A stretch of DNA of 63,628 nt, counting the filler, from Jimgerdemannia flammicorona (taxonomy: Eukaryota), in assembly GCA_003990765.1 (NCBI GenBank). It is 2 parts of 2 records of this genome, joined end to end, with 100 filler letters (N's around TTAATTAATTAA, not from the genome) between each part and the next. Parts side by side here need not be neighbours in the genome. Positions count along the whole stretch, not along the records: positions 31,865 to 63,628 come from RBNJ01000381.1; 1 more part is not named here. One strand, written 5' to 3'. Both the position numbers and the translations under genes were made by a program. Below the pieces are notes generated by a model. That model saw only the letters and a list, made by a program, of their open reading frames with translations. It made no database searches and was not told the origin of the DNA. Shown piece after piece: positions 36,913 through 50,133 of this stretch. Position 1 is the stretch's first letter. Each line of letters starts with the position of its first letter.

Positions 36913-39900
36913 ATGGAAATATGCCCTCCCATATTCTATGGATATACTACTAAAGAGTCAATTCTGATCTTTATCGAAGACTTTGAACAATTTGCTGCTG
37001 TATGAGCTCTTGGTGTAGATGCACAATTGGCCCTTCTACCAGTCAGCCTCAGAGGACCTGCTAGAGATAAGTTCAATATAGCTACTATTGCTGATAATGG
37101 TACAGCCAAACTTGCCAACATGAAGGCCTTTCTCAGAACAATATACTATACTGAAGAGATCAAGCAAGCTCTCAAGGATTAACTCAATACTATCTGCCAG
37201 AGACTTAGTGAAGATTCCAACTCATTCTATACTCAAATCTGCCACCAGATTATCCTGGCTGGCTATGATGATGCCCTCAAGGAACAAATAGCAGATTCAA
37301 TCTTCCTCAAAGGAGTTCACCCTGAAATTGCCCTAGCAATCTGGTCTACCCCAGCTGCACTGATTCTTGATCAGAAAGTGGTCTTTGCACAGAGATATTG
37401 GACTGCCAGACATCCTGCTAAATACTCAATAGAGAAAATAACTGATATCAAGATGGAGCCATCAAAGCCAACCAGTATTATACCTACTACAGTTATAAAC
37501 AGACAACCATCCCTACCTACTCCCAAGGCAGCCAAAGCTGACCCAGTGGAAGAACTCACCAAGCAGTTTGCCAAGATGACTGTACACCTTGGTGATATTA
37601 TTAAAGAAGTCCAAAGCACCAACAGGAGACCAGTACAGAGATTTGCAGCTGCTACAGAAGAATACAATATCATATGCTTCAGATGTGGAGAAGAAGGCCA
37701 CTATGCAAAGAATTGTATGACCAAAACAAGATGCAAAGTCCAACCAAGCAATGCTAGCAGAACCAGAGAACAAACCAATGCAGTAGTCATTAAGAAGATT
37801 GGTGACACTGATGATGAAGAATACTACAAGGAGCTTGAATTCTATCCTGCTACTGAAGATACCAGAACCTGGTCCAAGTCCTATGACAAGAAGAGCAACA
37901 GCAAGCCAGTTGGAAGACCAAAAAAGACCCCAGCTATCACTATTCAAAGCAAGACTCAACCTGAGGAGATTGATTAAAATATGGAATTAGATGAAGCTGC
38001 CTGCCAAATCATTGAAGATACTACTTCAGTCTCAGGAGAAAGTGAAAGCAAGAAGGAACAGAAGCTGTGCAAGACCAAGATCCACCAGTATGATATCTAT
38101 AAGGACCTCAAGAAATAGAAGATCAATGCTACTTTTGGATAGCTAGCTGAAGTCTCTGCCTTCAGTCAGCAGTTGAGAGTAGGACTTGCAACTACTACTA
38201 AAAATTAAGAATACAAGATTATAGAAGCTCACAATGTATAGGAAGAATCCAAAAACTCAGGTGAAGAATCTGAAAACTAGCACAAGACATCAGCCTATAT
38301 CCCATATCAGATCGAAGACTATATTTTTGATGTTATCATTGATACTGGTGCTGGAGGATGCCTTATTGAAGAGTCCATCAAGATGGTCTATATCACAGCA
38401 GATGGTATATGAGCTACCCCCCTTGGCAAAATCTGAGAATTCTCCATCAAAATAGGAGGAGCTACTATCCCAGTAGACATGATTATTATAAGCACCACTA
38501 ACTATGATATCCTCATTGACAATCAATGGCTTCACAAGGCCAAGACCATCATTGACCTCAATGCCCAGAAGATGCAGATCAACTATAGAGGAAGAAAGGT
38601 ATAAGTCTCTATCAATGTCCATAAAGGAGTTCTACCAGATATGGAGGAAGGAGATGAAGAGGACACAGAAGTCTTTATGCACTCAGTGAACAAGAACAAG
38701 AATAAGACACCTAAGCTTACAGATGAGCAGTGGTACAACAAGATCATTGATGGCTATGCTCCTTAAGGAAAATGCCCCCATGGTACTAGAATGTACTGCT
38801 CTGAATATCTGAATAACTGCTGGTCCTGTATCAGTGAAGTCAGGAAAATCTACCAACAGAAATATGAGCAAGAAGCTGCTGAAGCAAAAAGGAAAGCTGA
38901 AGAAGATGATCAGCCTCTAGAGCTTCAGGCTGATAGTGATAATGAGGAGGAACAAGAATCAGACATCACTCTCAAGGTCAAGAAGTTTTACCCCAAAGCT
39001 AAGATCCCAGAATATAAGACTGAAGGAGCCATAGGAATGGACCTTGCCAGCATTCAAGATGCTACCCTCAAATCACAGATCACCACCCTACTTGATACTG
39101 AAATTGGAGTCAAGTTACTAGAAAACCATGCCAGAATTATCAAGATCAGGAGCAATCTGGCCAAATCTGAAATCTCAGTTGAAGGAGGAGTAATTGACCC
39201 TAATTATACTGGTGAGATCTTCCTCATAGTCAGAAATCACAACCCCACCACCCCATTCAAAGTCAAGAAGCATGACAGGATTGGCCAGATGCTGATCCAT
39301 GAAATCAAAAAACTCAAGATCATTGAAGCCATCAAACTCATCAAAACCAAGAGAGGAGAACAAGACTTTGGATCTACTGGAAGAGGAGCCTATACTATTA
39401 TCAAGATTACCAAACTTGAGCATAAGAAAGATAAGGACTAGAACAAGCACATATATACTATTGGAGAAAACTTTCCCCTGGAAGAACAACTTCTCAAGAT
39501 CCTGCACCAGAATGAAGGAGTACTTGTTACAGACTTTAGGGATATCCATAATCAAGAACCCAAGTACTACTATGAAGTTGACACTGGTGATACCAAGCCC
39601 ATCTACCAGAAAGCCAGACCCATACCACCTGCCTACAGAGAATGGCTGTGAGCAGAACTCAAGGAAATAGAAGAAGCTGGAATCATCAAGCAAGCTATCA
39701 GTCCCTGGGCCTCACCCATTGTCCTTGCCCTAAAGAAAGGAAGCAAGCCTGGAGAGTTTGCACTAAGACTCTATATTGACTACAGAAAGCTCAATATCAT
39801 CACCAAGAAGGATAGGCAGCCCTTGCCAAATATTCAAGAAATCCTTACTACCCTTGGAAGCAAAGCCAAATACTACACTACCTTGGATATGTTCTCAGGC

Positions 39901-40902
39901 TTCCATCAGATCAGTCTCACTTAAGATGTCAGTGAGAAATCAGCCTTCATCATACCTGATGCCACCTATATCTACCTGCGAATGCCATTTGGAATGTGCA
40001 ATACCCCAGCAAGTTTTCAGTAAATGATGAACAGAGTCTTCAGCAATGAGATTAGAAAATGGCTCTTTATCTATATTGATGATGTGATCATCTTCAGCAA
40101 CACTGCATGGGAACATGTCAATTATATACAGCTAACCCTCAAGAAGCTCAAGGAGTATGGCCTTTACATTAAGCCCAAGAAATATAAGTTTGCAGCTCAG
40201 GAAATTGCCTATCTAGGACACCTCATCAACCAGACCAGAATCCATACAGACCCCATGAAGATTGAGACTGTTGCAGTCTACCCAAGACCCAGAACAACTA
40301 CAGAAGTCCATGCCTTCCTTAGACTGGCCAGCTACTACAGAAGATTCATTAAAGGATACTCCAATATTGCAGCACCTATCTATGAACTACTGAAGAAGGA
40401 GACCAAATTTGAATAGACCAAGGAATGCCAAGAAACCTTCAATGAACTCAAGATCAAATTGACCCAAGCACCTATCCTCAAAAGACCAGATTGGAACCTA
40501 GAATTCATCCTGCAGACAGATGCAAGTACTATAGGACTTAGAGCAGTCTTAGCTCAGAAGAAAGATGGACATAAATATGTCATCTCCTATATAAGCTAAG
40601 GTATCCACAGAGCAGAACAGAACTATGAGTCATGTAAGCTTGAATGCTTAGCAGTAGTTTAGACAGTAGACAAGTTCTACTACTATTTAGCTGAGAAATA
40701 CTTCACTATTCAAACAGACTATTCTGCTCTTGCCTGGCTATTCTACACTCTGAACCCCAAAGAAATATATGCCAGATAGATCTACAGGCTATTAGAGTAT
40801 AACTATACTGTCAAGCATCACTCAGGAAGAACCAATACCAATGCTGATGCACTCTCAAGGAAACTCCAAAATACCCCTATTAAGACTATTCAACATGAAT
40901 AA
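36913..40902 (+). pseudogene. Single-frame Gag-PR-dUTPase-RT-RNase H polyprotein (nonsense-disrupted)
   Basis: CFRCGEEGHYAKNC knuckle, IIDTGAGG (38341), dUTPase GMDL/RSN/GGVIDPNYTGEI/RIGQM/RGEQDFGSTG, YIDD (40072-40083), LQTDAS and ADALSR. All checked domains are in the same reading frame. Confidence 0.9.
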
Positions 40903-42095
40903 GGAGCTATATTATAGATTAATCAGCTATCTTGGGCAGCAGAAGATGCCCAACCACCTCAAACCCTAGACAATTACCATCATCAACTAGACTTGGAAAC
41001 AGTTTGAACTAGACAATACTATACTCAGAAAAGAAGGAAAGCTAGTAATACCTGAACATAAGAAGTATCAAGTAATGAAGAAAGTACATGAGCAAGGATA
41101 CCTAGGAGGAACCAACACATATGATAAGGCAAGAAGAACCATGTAGTGGCCCAAGATAAAAGAAGACCTACACCAATTTGTCAAAGGGTGTGACAAGTAC
41201 CAAAAATAGAAACAAGATCAGTAAGACCAGACACCCAGGTCATCAAGAATTGAGCCTATCCCCTTCCACCACATCGCAATGGATATCATTGAGCCACTAC
41301 CAGTAATGCTATCAGGAAACCACTATATTATAGTTATTGTAGACCTCTTTACCAAATAGATAGAAGCAGGAGCATTACAAGAAGTCAATGCCCTCTCTAT
41401 AGCTGACTTCCTGTACTGAGAAATCATCTGCTGCTACAAGACATCAAAGCAAATCACAACAGACTACAGCACAGAATTTGTCAATGGATTCCATAAGATA
41501 ATGTATCAGAAATACAAGATTCAGCACATAAAGACCACCATGTACCACTCTTAAGGAAATGGACAGATAGAGAGAACCAACAAGACCCTCAAGAACATCC
41601 TGGTGAAGATCTCAGAGATATATGAGAATTGGGATAACTACCTCCCAACTGCCCTCTCTGTTCTATAAGACATATGGTTACAGAGTATATACTTTACCCT
41701 AAGAGAACTGCTCTTCAGAGAAGAAGATTCTGATGGAATCTTAGTCACAAATCTAGATCTAACTTGGAGATGGGTTGATGCAGAAATCCAGAGGCTACAC
41801 CAAATCAGGAAGAAGGCTGAAGATTACATTATCAAGTCATACATAAGTACTGATAAGGAAGAATGTGAAAAAGAATCACAAGACCCTAGAACCCATCCAA
41901 ATTGGAGAAAAGGTCCTACTGTATTGAAATATGGTAGAAGCCTCATGGTTGCAAAAACTGGAGCCCAAATGGGAAGGACTCTTCTATATGCAAGATATCA
42001 AGGAAACTACCTTCTGGCTTAGAAAAATCTCAAGGACCATACTGCCTACTATGGTATATAGGAACAGACTCAAGAAGTACCATAAACCTATATAA
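40895..42095 (+). pseudogene. Integrase in a separate (+1) ORF
   Basis: MNKELYYRLISYLG start, degenerate HHCC region (VHEQGYLG...GCDKYQ), HIAMDII, ITTDYSTEF, GNGQIERTNKTLK and KLEPKWEG. One 4-bp insertion near 41840. Confidence 0.85.
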
Positions 42096-42475
42096 GAGAA
42101 GCAAAACATGATGACTGCATGAGGTTCTAGTCTACAAATTGTAACAGCATGTCCCATGACCAGTAGGCTATCTGTCTGGACCATTCTCTAAGAGATACAG
42201 CACCAGTAACTACTCATCCATGAGACTTTCAAAGCCAGAGGAGTTTGAACCATCAACTGATTGGTCAAGATCAGAATCAGGTCCTTGCTCTATATGAAGG
42301 GAGCGACTCTTCACCATTATGCCAAAATACATAGGGAAGATGCCAGTCCATAAACACCACTTTTTGACTCCTTGCCAGAGATTATGGGATCAGCAAATTT
42401 TTCAGGACTCAACCAATAAATAAGGATACTCAAGAAGATCTTTATTCAGGAGGAAGATGTAATGGTGACTTCAGA

Positions 42476-43511
42476 ATGATGACATCAGCACAGGAGACAG
42501 TCTTTTCTTACAAGCCACCAGATTAGAGCACAAAAAGATCATATGGTATATAAGATGAGCAACAATGACCAACTGTGAGTCATTGTGACCACAGTATAAG
42601 CATCCTGAGAAATATAAAAAAAGGATCAAAAAACTGCAGTAGTAGTAACCACAAGACCCACCAATCCCAAAATAGCTCAAAGACTTACTACAAATAAAAT
42701 GCCTGCTACTCACCAAACCTCAAGATCAAGGAACTACCAAGGTATCTCAGTTAAAGAGAGGATGTTCCAAGACATCAGAAGAGCCATGAGGACCTACTCA
42801 AGAAGGACTCCTAGTGTCAACCTGGGTACTAGTGACTCTTATCATTATATCCTCTACTATCATAAAATGGAAACAAGGATCACTATTGCTACTGAATACC
42901 TCCAAATGTGGCAGGAGTATGAAATAAGAAACCTCCTCTACCAGGAGTTCCCACAGGCCAGCCCTTAAGAGCTACAAGATGCTACTCTCATGAATATATA
43001 TAAGATAAGGATAGCTAAGAAGATCCATCAGATCTTCAGACATGTACTATGGTTGATCCCCAACTTAGAGTATGTTAGAGTCTCAGATTTCAGAGACCTG
43101 TCATCTTGCTGTATCAATGCACTAGAAGCCAGGGTGGCTACAGAGGCCCAGTCTACTATCACCCTCAATAGTGATGAAGTAGAAGACTTCTGGCACCCCA
43201 TCCTCCAGAACAACCTAGACCAATTCCTACAAAGATTGATCTCAGTATTCCAAGACCCAAGCATCCAGGTTAGACCTCCCCAAGACCCCACATTTGTTCC
43301 CTATTTTGTAGAAGAGAATCTCATAGATTGGAGAGCTCCCAATTTCCCCACTACCAAATATGATAATATCATTGGCAATGATGTCATCCCACACAATACA
43401 TGTGAAATATATGACCTACATGATAATGATGAATTCATAGATCTCATCTCCTTCAAAGACATTCTGATCTCTGATGATGAAGCCTCCATAGTCCTGAACA
43501 TTCTACTCTAA
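42476..43511 (+). pseudogene. LTR(U3)-encoded accessory protein of family G (~345 codons); second copy at ~35288-36324
   Basis: ORF-track pieces 42699-42968 and 42990-43511 are in frame across one TAA that reads CAA in the 5' LTR. Lies upstream of the TATA-like TATAAATA (~43738). Start position uncertain. Confidence 0.7.
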
Positions 43512-45443
43512 ATCTCTTGGTTACACTGAATAATACCAGTACTGGCATTTCAATGTAACACTGAATTGTTCCAGTACTGACATTTTGATATAACTCTGAA
43601 TTATACTAGTATTCTGAATCTGTACAACCATTAGTACCAACTCTGGAACTTAGCAGTTTTTTCTATTTTGGCATTTTATTTTAGTTATTGGAATTTATAT
43701 TTAGCTTTATATCTTAGCAACCATTGAATTATATTTTATATAAATACTCCTCTTATTTCTTCTGAAATAAACTTAGTTCCTCTCAGTGTAATACATATAC
43801 TTCCTTATAAGTAATCTAAGAGATAACAAGACAGTTTAAAGATAAGAAGTTTGAGGACTATAAGACCTTGGGAAGGCACTCCAATAAGAACTTGCTTATA
43901 ACAAACTTGAGTTAGTCTAAGAGATATATCTTGAAGAGAATCTGGCATATTTGAAGGACTCAGCAACCACTATGTGACACTATCTATAGACTTACTAGTT
44001 CTCTTGCTTTCTCTTTGCTTTTTGAACTATTTTAATCTGAGATTTATTTACTTTAGATACTGAAATATTTATACAAGTTTGCTAGCTATAAAGTAACTAA
44101 GTTACAACTATATTTCCTATAAGTCACTTTTTATAAGTCAAATCTTTTAATATCTACTAAGATTTTGACAATTATAAGAATTTTAATATTTACCAAATCT
44201 TTAACAGATGTTAAAGTTTTCAATAACTGCTATTTGTGAGACAAAGCTATATTTGGAAATCAGATTCAGATATTGTGATTAAATATCTATTTCTCTAATT
44301 TATATTACTAATTTAGATCAATAAGTATTATATTTATATCTCTCATCTATAAGTAGATATTTTAGATATTTTAAAATACTTTTTAATTTGTAAAAATTCT
44401 TTAAATATAGAATTTTAATATTTTTAGATTATATATATATATATTATAATTCTAGTTTTAGTTTTATATACATATATCTCATTAAGTAAAAGTATTAAAA
44501 TAATATCTTAATATATTAATATATATATAACTTAATGCTATAATTTTTTAAAATTAATTATATTATTCATTAGTAATGTAAATATACAATTTTTTAAACT
44601 TTAATAAAATATCTCTTTTACTTAAATTTTTATAAATTTTACTATAATATTATTATAAAATTTATAATAATATAATAATAGTTTATCAACTTACTATTTT
44701 TTTATATTATAGTTTGATAATATTATTTATTGTTTTAGTAATAAAATTTTAACTATAATAATAAAATTAATTATTATCCAACTATAATTCAAAACTTTAA
44801 AAGATTTTCTATCTTATATTATAATCTTTTCTTCTATCTTTTTATCTTTAATTATTAAATATTATTTAATATTAAAAGATAATTAAAAAGTATACAATAA
44901 CTAACAAGAAGCCACAGTTGATAAACAATGGTTGGAGATGAGTAATAATTAGAAACATTAGTTGGAGTTTAACACTGCACATATTTAGGAAAGTTTTCTC
45001 CTTAGGGGCACCAGTTTGATTATAATGATTTAAGACAGTGGTGGCTAGTAATGGCCACATATTTTGCTGTTACCAATTATTCTGAATCCAGTAGAAGACG
45101 CGTTCCAATGTTCGTTGCGGTGTCTGTCTTCACTGTCGAGGAGAGAATCGATGACCGAAGAGAACTCATTGTAACCCAGCAGTAACTTGTTTCTGGGGAC
45201 GTTGCGTATGCAATTGGTTCTCAACCTCACCCGCACCATCGCTGCCTTTCAATTCTACCAGGGTCCTTTTGCCTGACATACATCTCGCGTCCCTCCACCC
45301 CAATTTCGATATTTTGATGGTCTGATTCGCGGGGTAGTCTAAGTATTAGTGTCTTAATATACATACAAGATGCCCTACCTCCACAGGGACTAAATGGGTC
45401 AGATCAATGAAAAAACAAGATATCAAGTGAAATTGTAAGAGAC

Positions 45444-45481
<38 letters not shown>

Positions 45482-45560
45482 AAAGAAAAAAAAAAAAAAA
45501 AAAAAAAAAAAAACGGAAGGCGCATGATTATTGCAAAATCTCTTATCCTCCTTAACACAT

Positions 45561-48500
45561 CTATTTGGCACTGTTGCTGCCGTCCTTCACTTTCTTGAAG
45601 CAGAGGAACTGCACCGCCGTCGACTTGCGACTATCTACCAGTAACTTCTTGACGCTGTTTAGTTCTGTTTGCAGGTTATTCGAGTGCTGTTGCTGCGGGT
45701 CGTACGCCGCCTCGATCGTCGAGTAGATTTGCTGCAGCGTCTCGGCCGCCACGGGGGTGACGTACTGTGAAAGAGTTTGATGCATAAATTCGATCTCGAG
45801 GGTCGCCTGGATGTGGAAGGAGAAAGAGGGTTGTGTCAAGACATATTACAAACTAGCGAAATTACAGTTGGCACGAAAGGTGTACGAAATTCCATCACAA
45901 ACTCGTCGCACCTGCAACATGCCACCCATGCCGAACCGATCAACCTGCTGGAAGCTCTCCAAACAATCCTGCGCCATGTTCTCAAGCAACGCAGAGAGCG
46001 TGCGATGGACGAGCCGCTTGGCGATGCCGCTAACTTGCGCGTGAACGATGACTAGGGAGAGCAAGGCCTCATAGATGAACGAGTGGACCTCTGTTCATGA
46101 GGCGCGTGAGTCAGCGTGGTGCGTCACAGAGCGTTTTAACATCATCAGACATAACTATGCAAGGGCCAGCACCTCACCTGTGGGCTTTGAAATGCTGTAC
46201 CAGTCCACCCCGTCGAGGAGAATTCCCCGTTTGACGATCTCGGTGATATTTTGGGTTTTGCGTTTGATGTAGTCGTCGAAGAGGATACCGTCCAACTGAT
46301 CAACGACATCGATCAACGTCTGTGGAAATAGCGAAAAAATGGCATTGATGTGCAAAATTAAATCCATGGAATTGCACATGAAGAACCGAAGATAATTGGT
46401 CGTTAAGGGACACAATACCTTCAACTCGTCAGTCATCTGGGTGTGATATGCAGCCTCAAACAAGTTGACCAACTTGGGTATGATGGAAGCACGCAAATGG
46501 GACAGGTTGCTGACTGTGAGCAGAATCCGCGAATCCTACATAACCGATGACAAAGTCGTCAGATACGGTCGGTCAGAAGACATGGATTAACAATCATCCG
46601 TCGTGTGCAATAATCTCAGCGAAGTTTCTGTGTCCGTACCATTGAGTTAACATCAATCTTTGATCGTTTCAGCGCCGAATCATCCTTTTCCGGCAGCAGT
46701 GGCGAGTATTCGGAGAAGGCGAGGTGCACCAAACCATCGAGAAACGAATACAACGAGTCGAGGAATGTGCCTCGGATTCTCTCAAGATATTCAGACGAAA
46801 TTTTGGGTTTCTGCTCAACAGATGATTGTGAGGAAAAGAGTATCATAAGCGACTTCGATCGGTAAGCTACATCTATCGCTGCCGAGATGTCAAAAACACC
46901 AACAAAGTGAAATAGCGACGACCGCGCAATAACATTGGCCCGGCTGCTCTTCCAATCCACCACCCACCTCTTTGCTCCGGTCTTCCTTGTTATCCGACAC
47001 GGCCGTCAAGCTGCCGATCTTGAACGCCGACCGCGCGCAATACTTGTGATAGCTGTGGAACAAACGCAGGAAAGCCGTGACCTCGACGTTGTCGGCATCC
47101 GGGTTCCAATCCTCGAGCTGGTAGAATGTCTTGGCGTCTGATATTCACAAAGAGAAAATAAACAGTGCATACAGCCAGGTCAAAACAACAACAGCAACAA
47201 TGTAATATGTCATTCACACAGAATACAGTCTCTCAATCACCCGAGAGCCAGTATCTGAAACCACACCCACCTCTCGCCCAACACTCGCAGAGCACCTCGA
47301 TAAATCTCCACCTCGTATCCTCCATTAATTTAGTCAAGCCGACGAACGCCTCACCAGCCAGGTTGATTGCGTTAATATCGTTTACGCAGTTGGCCAACTC
47401 GGTGATGGTGCGGGTGAGAAAATAGCAAGTAGTGACCGAGTTGGCGTTGGGTGGCAGGAACGGAGGAAGCTGTGCGGGGCTCTCGTCGTCCGCTGAGCCG
47501 ATCTGCGACGCACGCCGCGCCGCCACAATGGGCGTGCTCAGCGAGAAGTGCCGCGAGATCAGCGACGCGTACAAACTCACCACCTCCCTGGCCATGATCT
47601 GACATTGTTCAACCTTAGCGAGATCCACGCCTTGCCGGCGGCGTTTATTCGTGACGAGGCTCGCAACGGCAGCCTGGTGGGTAAGGGGGTTATGATGGAT
47701 TATGAAGAGGCAGGCATAGGCAGATATGACTCCAGTGAGATGGGCGTGTCTTCATTATCATAGTACCTTGTTCTGGAATTTGCCATCAATAAAGGACTTG
47801 GAGAGCTTCCAAAAATCTGGCAAGCAGCGCAGCAACAGATCCGACAACGACTTGACCACATTTAACGTCGCACGCCAAATTTGTACGTCCGTTTCCTTGA
47901 CTATTTAAATGGACATGAGCGATTATATCAAAGAAAATAATCAGGATTCTCAATTCATCCACAAAGGTACAAGACAATAACATAAGTACGCACCTAGTGC
48001 AGTTTCGATATCGCGTATGTCCGCCAGTCCGAGCACCTTTTTCAGCGAGATAGAACGTCTCTTGTCCTTTTCACTTGTGTCGGTAGAGACCTTCAGGGCT
48101 GGATTGTGAAAATCAATGAGCAGTGTCGAATGAATAAATTTTTAGCCTCACGTCCCGTCTCGAAAAGACACATCAGACAAAGAGAAACAAGCGATCTCAA
48201 GATTCCGACGAGGATCAAACCTTCAATCTTCTGCGCATTTTCCTCATACGTTTCGTTGAGCAGGCCGACGATCCACTTGTATTGGCTATCCAAGTAAAAC
48301 CACGCCGGATCGTTCGTCGTGTCGAGATCGAACAGGAAGCTTCCAGAGACAACGACAACGGACAAATGTCAGCAAACCCGGTTCTGAAATCGCCCCTTTG
48401 GCAACCAACTCATCACCACCATATCTTCGCAACCCTTCCGGATTCTCTCGACCTACTTGATGGTCTTTTCCTGCTCCTCCATGCTCCGCCACGGCTCCGC

Positions 48501-49999
48501 CAGCTGCTTGAACAGCACGTCCCTCAGTTCGACCACGATCTTCTCGACCTCGGTCCACACCTTGTCGAACACCTTGCGATGCAGGTCGGTGATGTCAGTG
48601 TCCTGCGACGCCGACAGGCCGCCGGCGTCGTCACCGTTCGCGTCGCCCTTGAGCGTAGAGTAGAGGTACTTGCCCTTCTTGTAGTCGCGGATCGCCGTCT
48701 CGTACTTGGTCTATTGATTAAGAATGTTGGGGCGATAAGCAGTAGATCGCCAAAACGGAGGTTATGCGCGATGACCGAGAACGAACCTGCTTAGTCGACT
48801 CGAGCAAGCTGCTGGGTAGGTTAAAGAAGAACTTGTATCTCTCTAAGATGACGAGCGTACTGCGGATCTTTTCGGCCTTCTCGCGGCGCTCGATGACGGG
48901 CCCGAAGATCTGTTGTGCGCGGCGCGTGCCCTCTGAATAGTGGTGAGGTGATAGGGGTTAATTTCACGATATAAAAAAGCCCCAACATATCTTGATCCAC
49001 CTCCAAAACCAGTGGGCACGGGACTTTCCACACCCATCCGCAGCTCCTCCACCCAAGCCTACCCGACAACGCCGCGCCCAACGCCCTCGTCCCGTACTCC
49101 TCCTGCGAATTCAGCTTCTTAGCCTTCATCTCGTCGTACACGTGGTCAATTGTGTTCTTGGCGCCGACAAACCGATCAAAGTTAGCGTGCACGAGGGCCT
49201 TGAGCGCTTCGGAGCGCTGGTCTACCGTCAGCTTGAGTCGCTCCACGCCGGCGATCAGATCGGCATAGGAGGTGTCGCGATGAACCGTCAGGAGGAAGTG
49301 GCGCGGGTTGAAGGTCTTGTTTGAAATAATGAGGGAGGTGCCTGATAGTAAGAAAGAATCGGAATCAAGAGTCGAAGTATATGGTTGGTTCGGCGATAGT
49401 TTGAACGCGGGAGGCGTGCAAAACAAAGGGGGGCGGAACTTACGTTCTTTAAGCTCGGACATAGACGCTGTGTTGCGGTTGCTCACGCTTTGCTTGCTCG
49501 TGCTGTTGAACAGTTTGTGGAGTCGCAAACGAGATTGCCGTTACATGCGGTGAATTCTTGATGTTGACAAGCAAAAACCACCCGACACAATACTCAAAAA
49601 ATTCTTGCTATTATGGCCATCATCAATTATCCTCTCAGAAATGGCTGTGAATCCCTGACATACCCCTTAAAGATTGATTCCTTTAATCCAAGCGGGTCGC
49701 TCTCGTCCAGGATGTCCTCCTGTTCGTCTTCAAACTCGGGTTCCGGCAGCGCAACAATTGGCGCCCGAGTGAACTGCTGCAAGGCAGACTCGCGGGCGGT
49801 AGAGCGGTTGTGGACATCGTCGGCCCATTCATCGTCGTCGAGGGAGTCGAGATGATAGTGTCGGAGGACTGTGCAGGTTGAATGGGGGAGGGGGGAGTTG
49901 GTTAGATGAAAGTAGCGGAAATAGTCAAGCGGAGCTACGGGGGATGGCCTCACTTGTCGCGTCCTCTGCCAAGGCCGGTAGAGTGAGAACTGCAGTCAT
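45561..49999 (-). CDS. SEC5: Exocyst complex component Sec5/EXOC2 (multi-exon)
   Basis: Exons include LDESDPLG, FNPRHFLLTVHRDTSYADL..G..L, LKALVHANFDRFVGAKNTID, DPAWFYLDSQYKWI, FGMGGMLQ/ATLEIEFMHQTL and TAVQFLCFKK. GT-AG introns; start MTAVLTLPALAEDAT. Confidence 0.93.
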
Positions 50000-50133
50000 T
50001 GATGCTGTGATGGAGTCCAGCAAGTCCAACGCGGCCCTTCGCCGCCATGGGATGACGACATGCGTATCACATGATCGGAAGCCCAACCACAATAAAAGCG
50101 GCCCCTTTGCCTGTTTTACTGCGCGATCTTGTC

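Larger units (their letters stand above)
35270..43979 (+). mobile_element. Full-length dUTPase-bearing Ty3/gypsy element G1 (8710 bp; LTRs 35270-36792 and 42458-43979)
   Basis: TG...CA LTRs of ~1.52 kb, PBS at 36793-36820, PPT AGGAGGAAGA 42448-42457, 4-bp TSD CTAT (35266-35269/43980-43983), and a complete domain set. Confidence 0.95.
34849..44332 (-). mobile_element. G2-family fragment (short LTR + PBS + gag start), split by the G1 insertion
   Basis: 34849-35170 is the reverse complement of 15420-15738. 43984-44332 matches 15090-15330 and 11140-11221 in reverse. Confidence 0.8.

Noticed and set aside
42096..42930. Possible env-like or chromodomain extension in frame with integrase
   Set aside because: Many stops in all frames, and no chromodomain, signal peptide or fusion motif recognisable. 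One hydrophobic stretch lies in a frame overlapping the better-supported LTR ORF.
45445..45512. Long A-runs as a retro-insertion tail, and the poly-Phe ORF 45346-45558
   Set aside because: No adjacent element or TSD; homopolymers in the SEC5 3' region.
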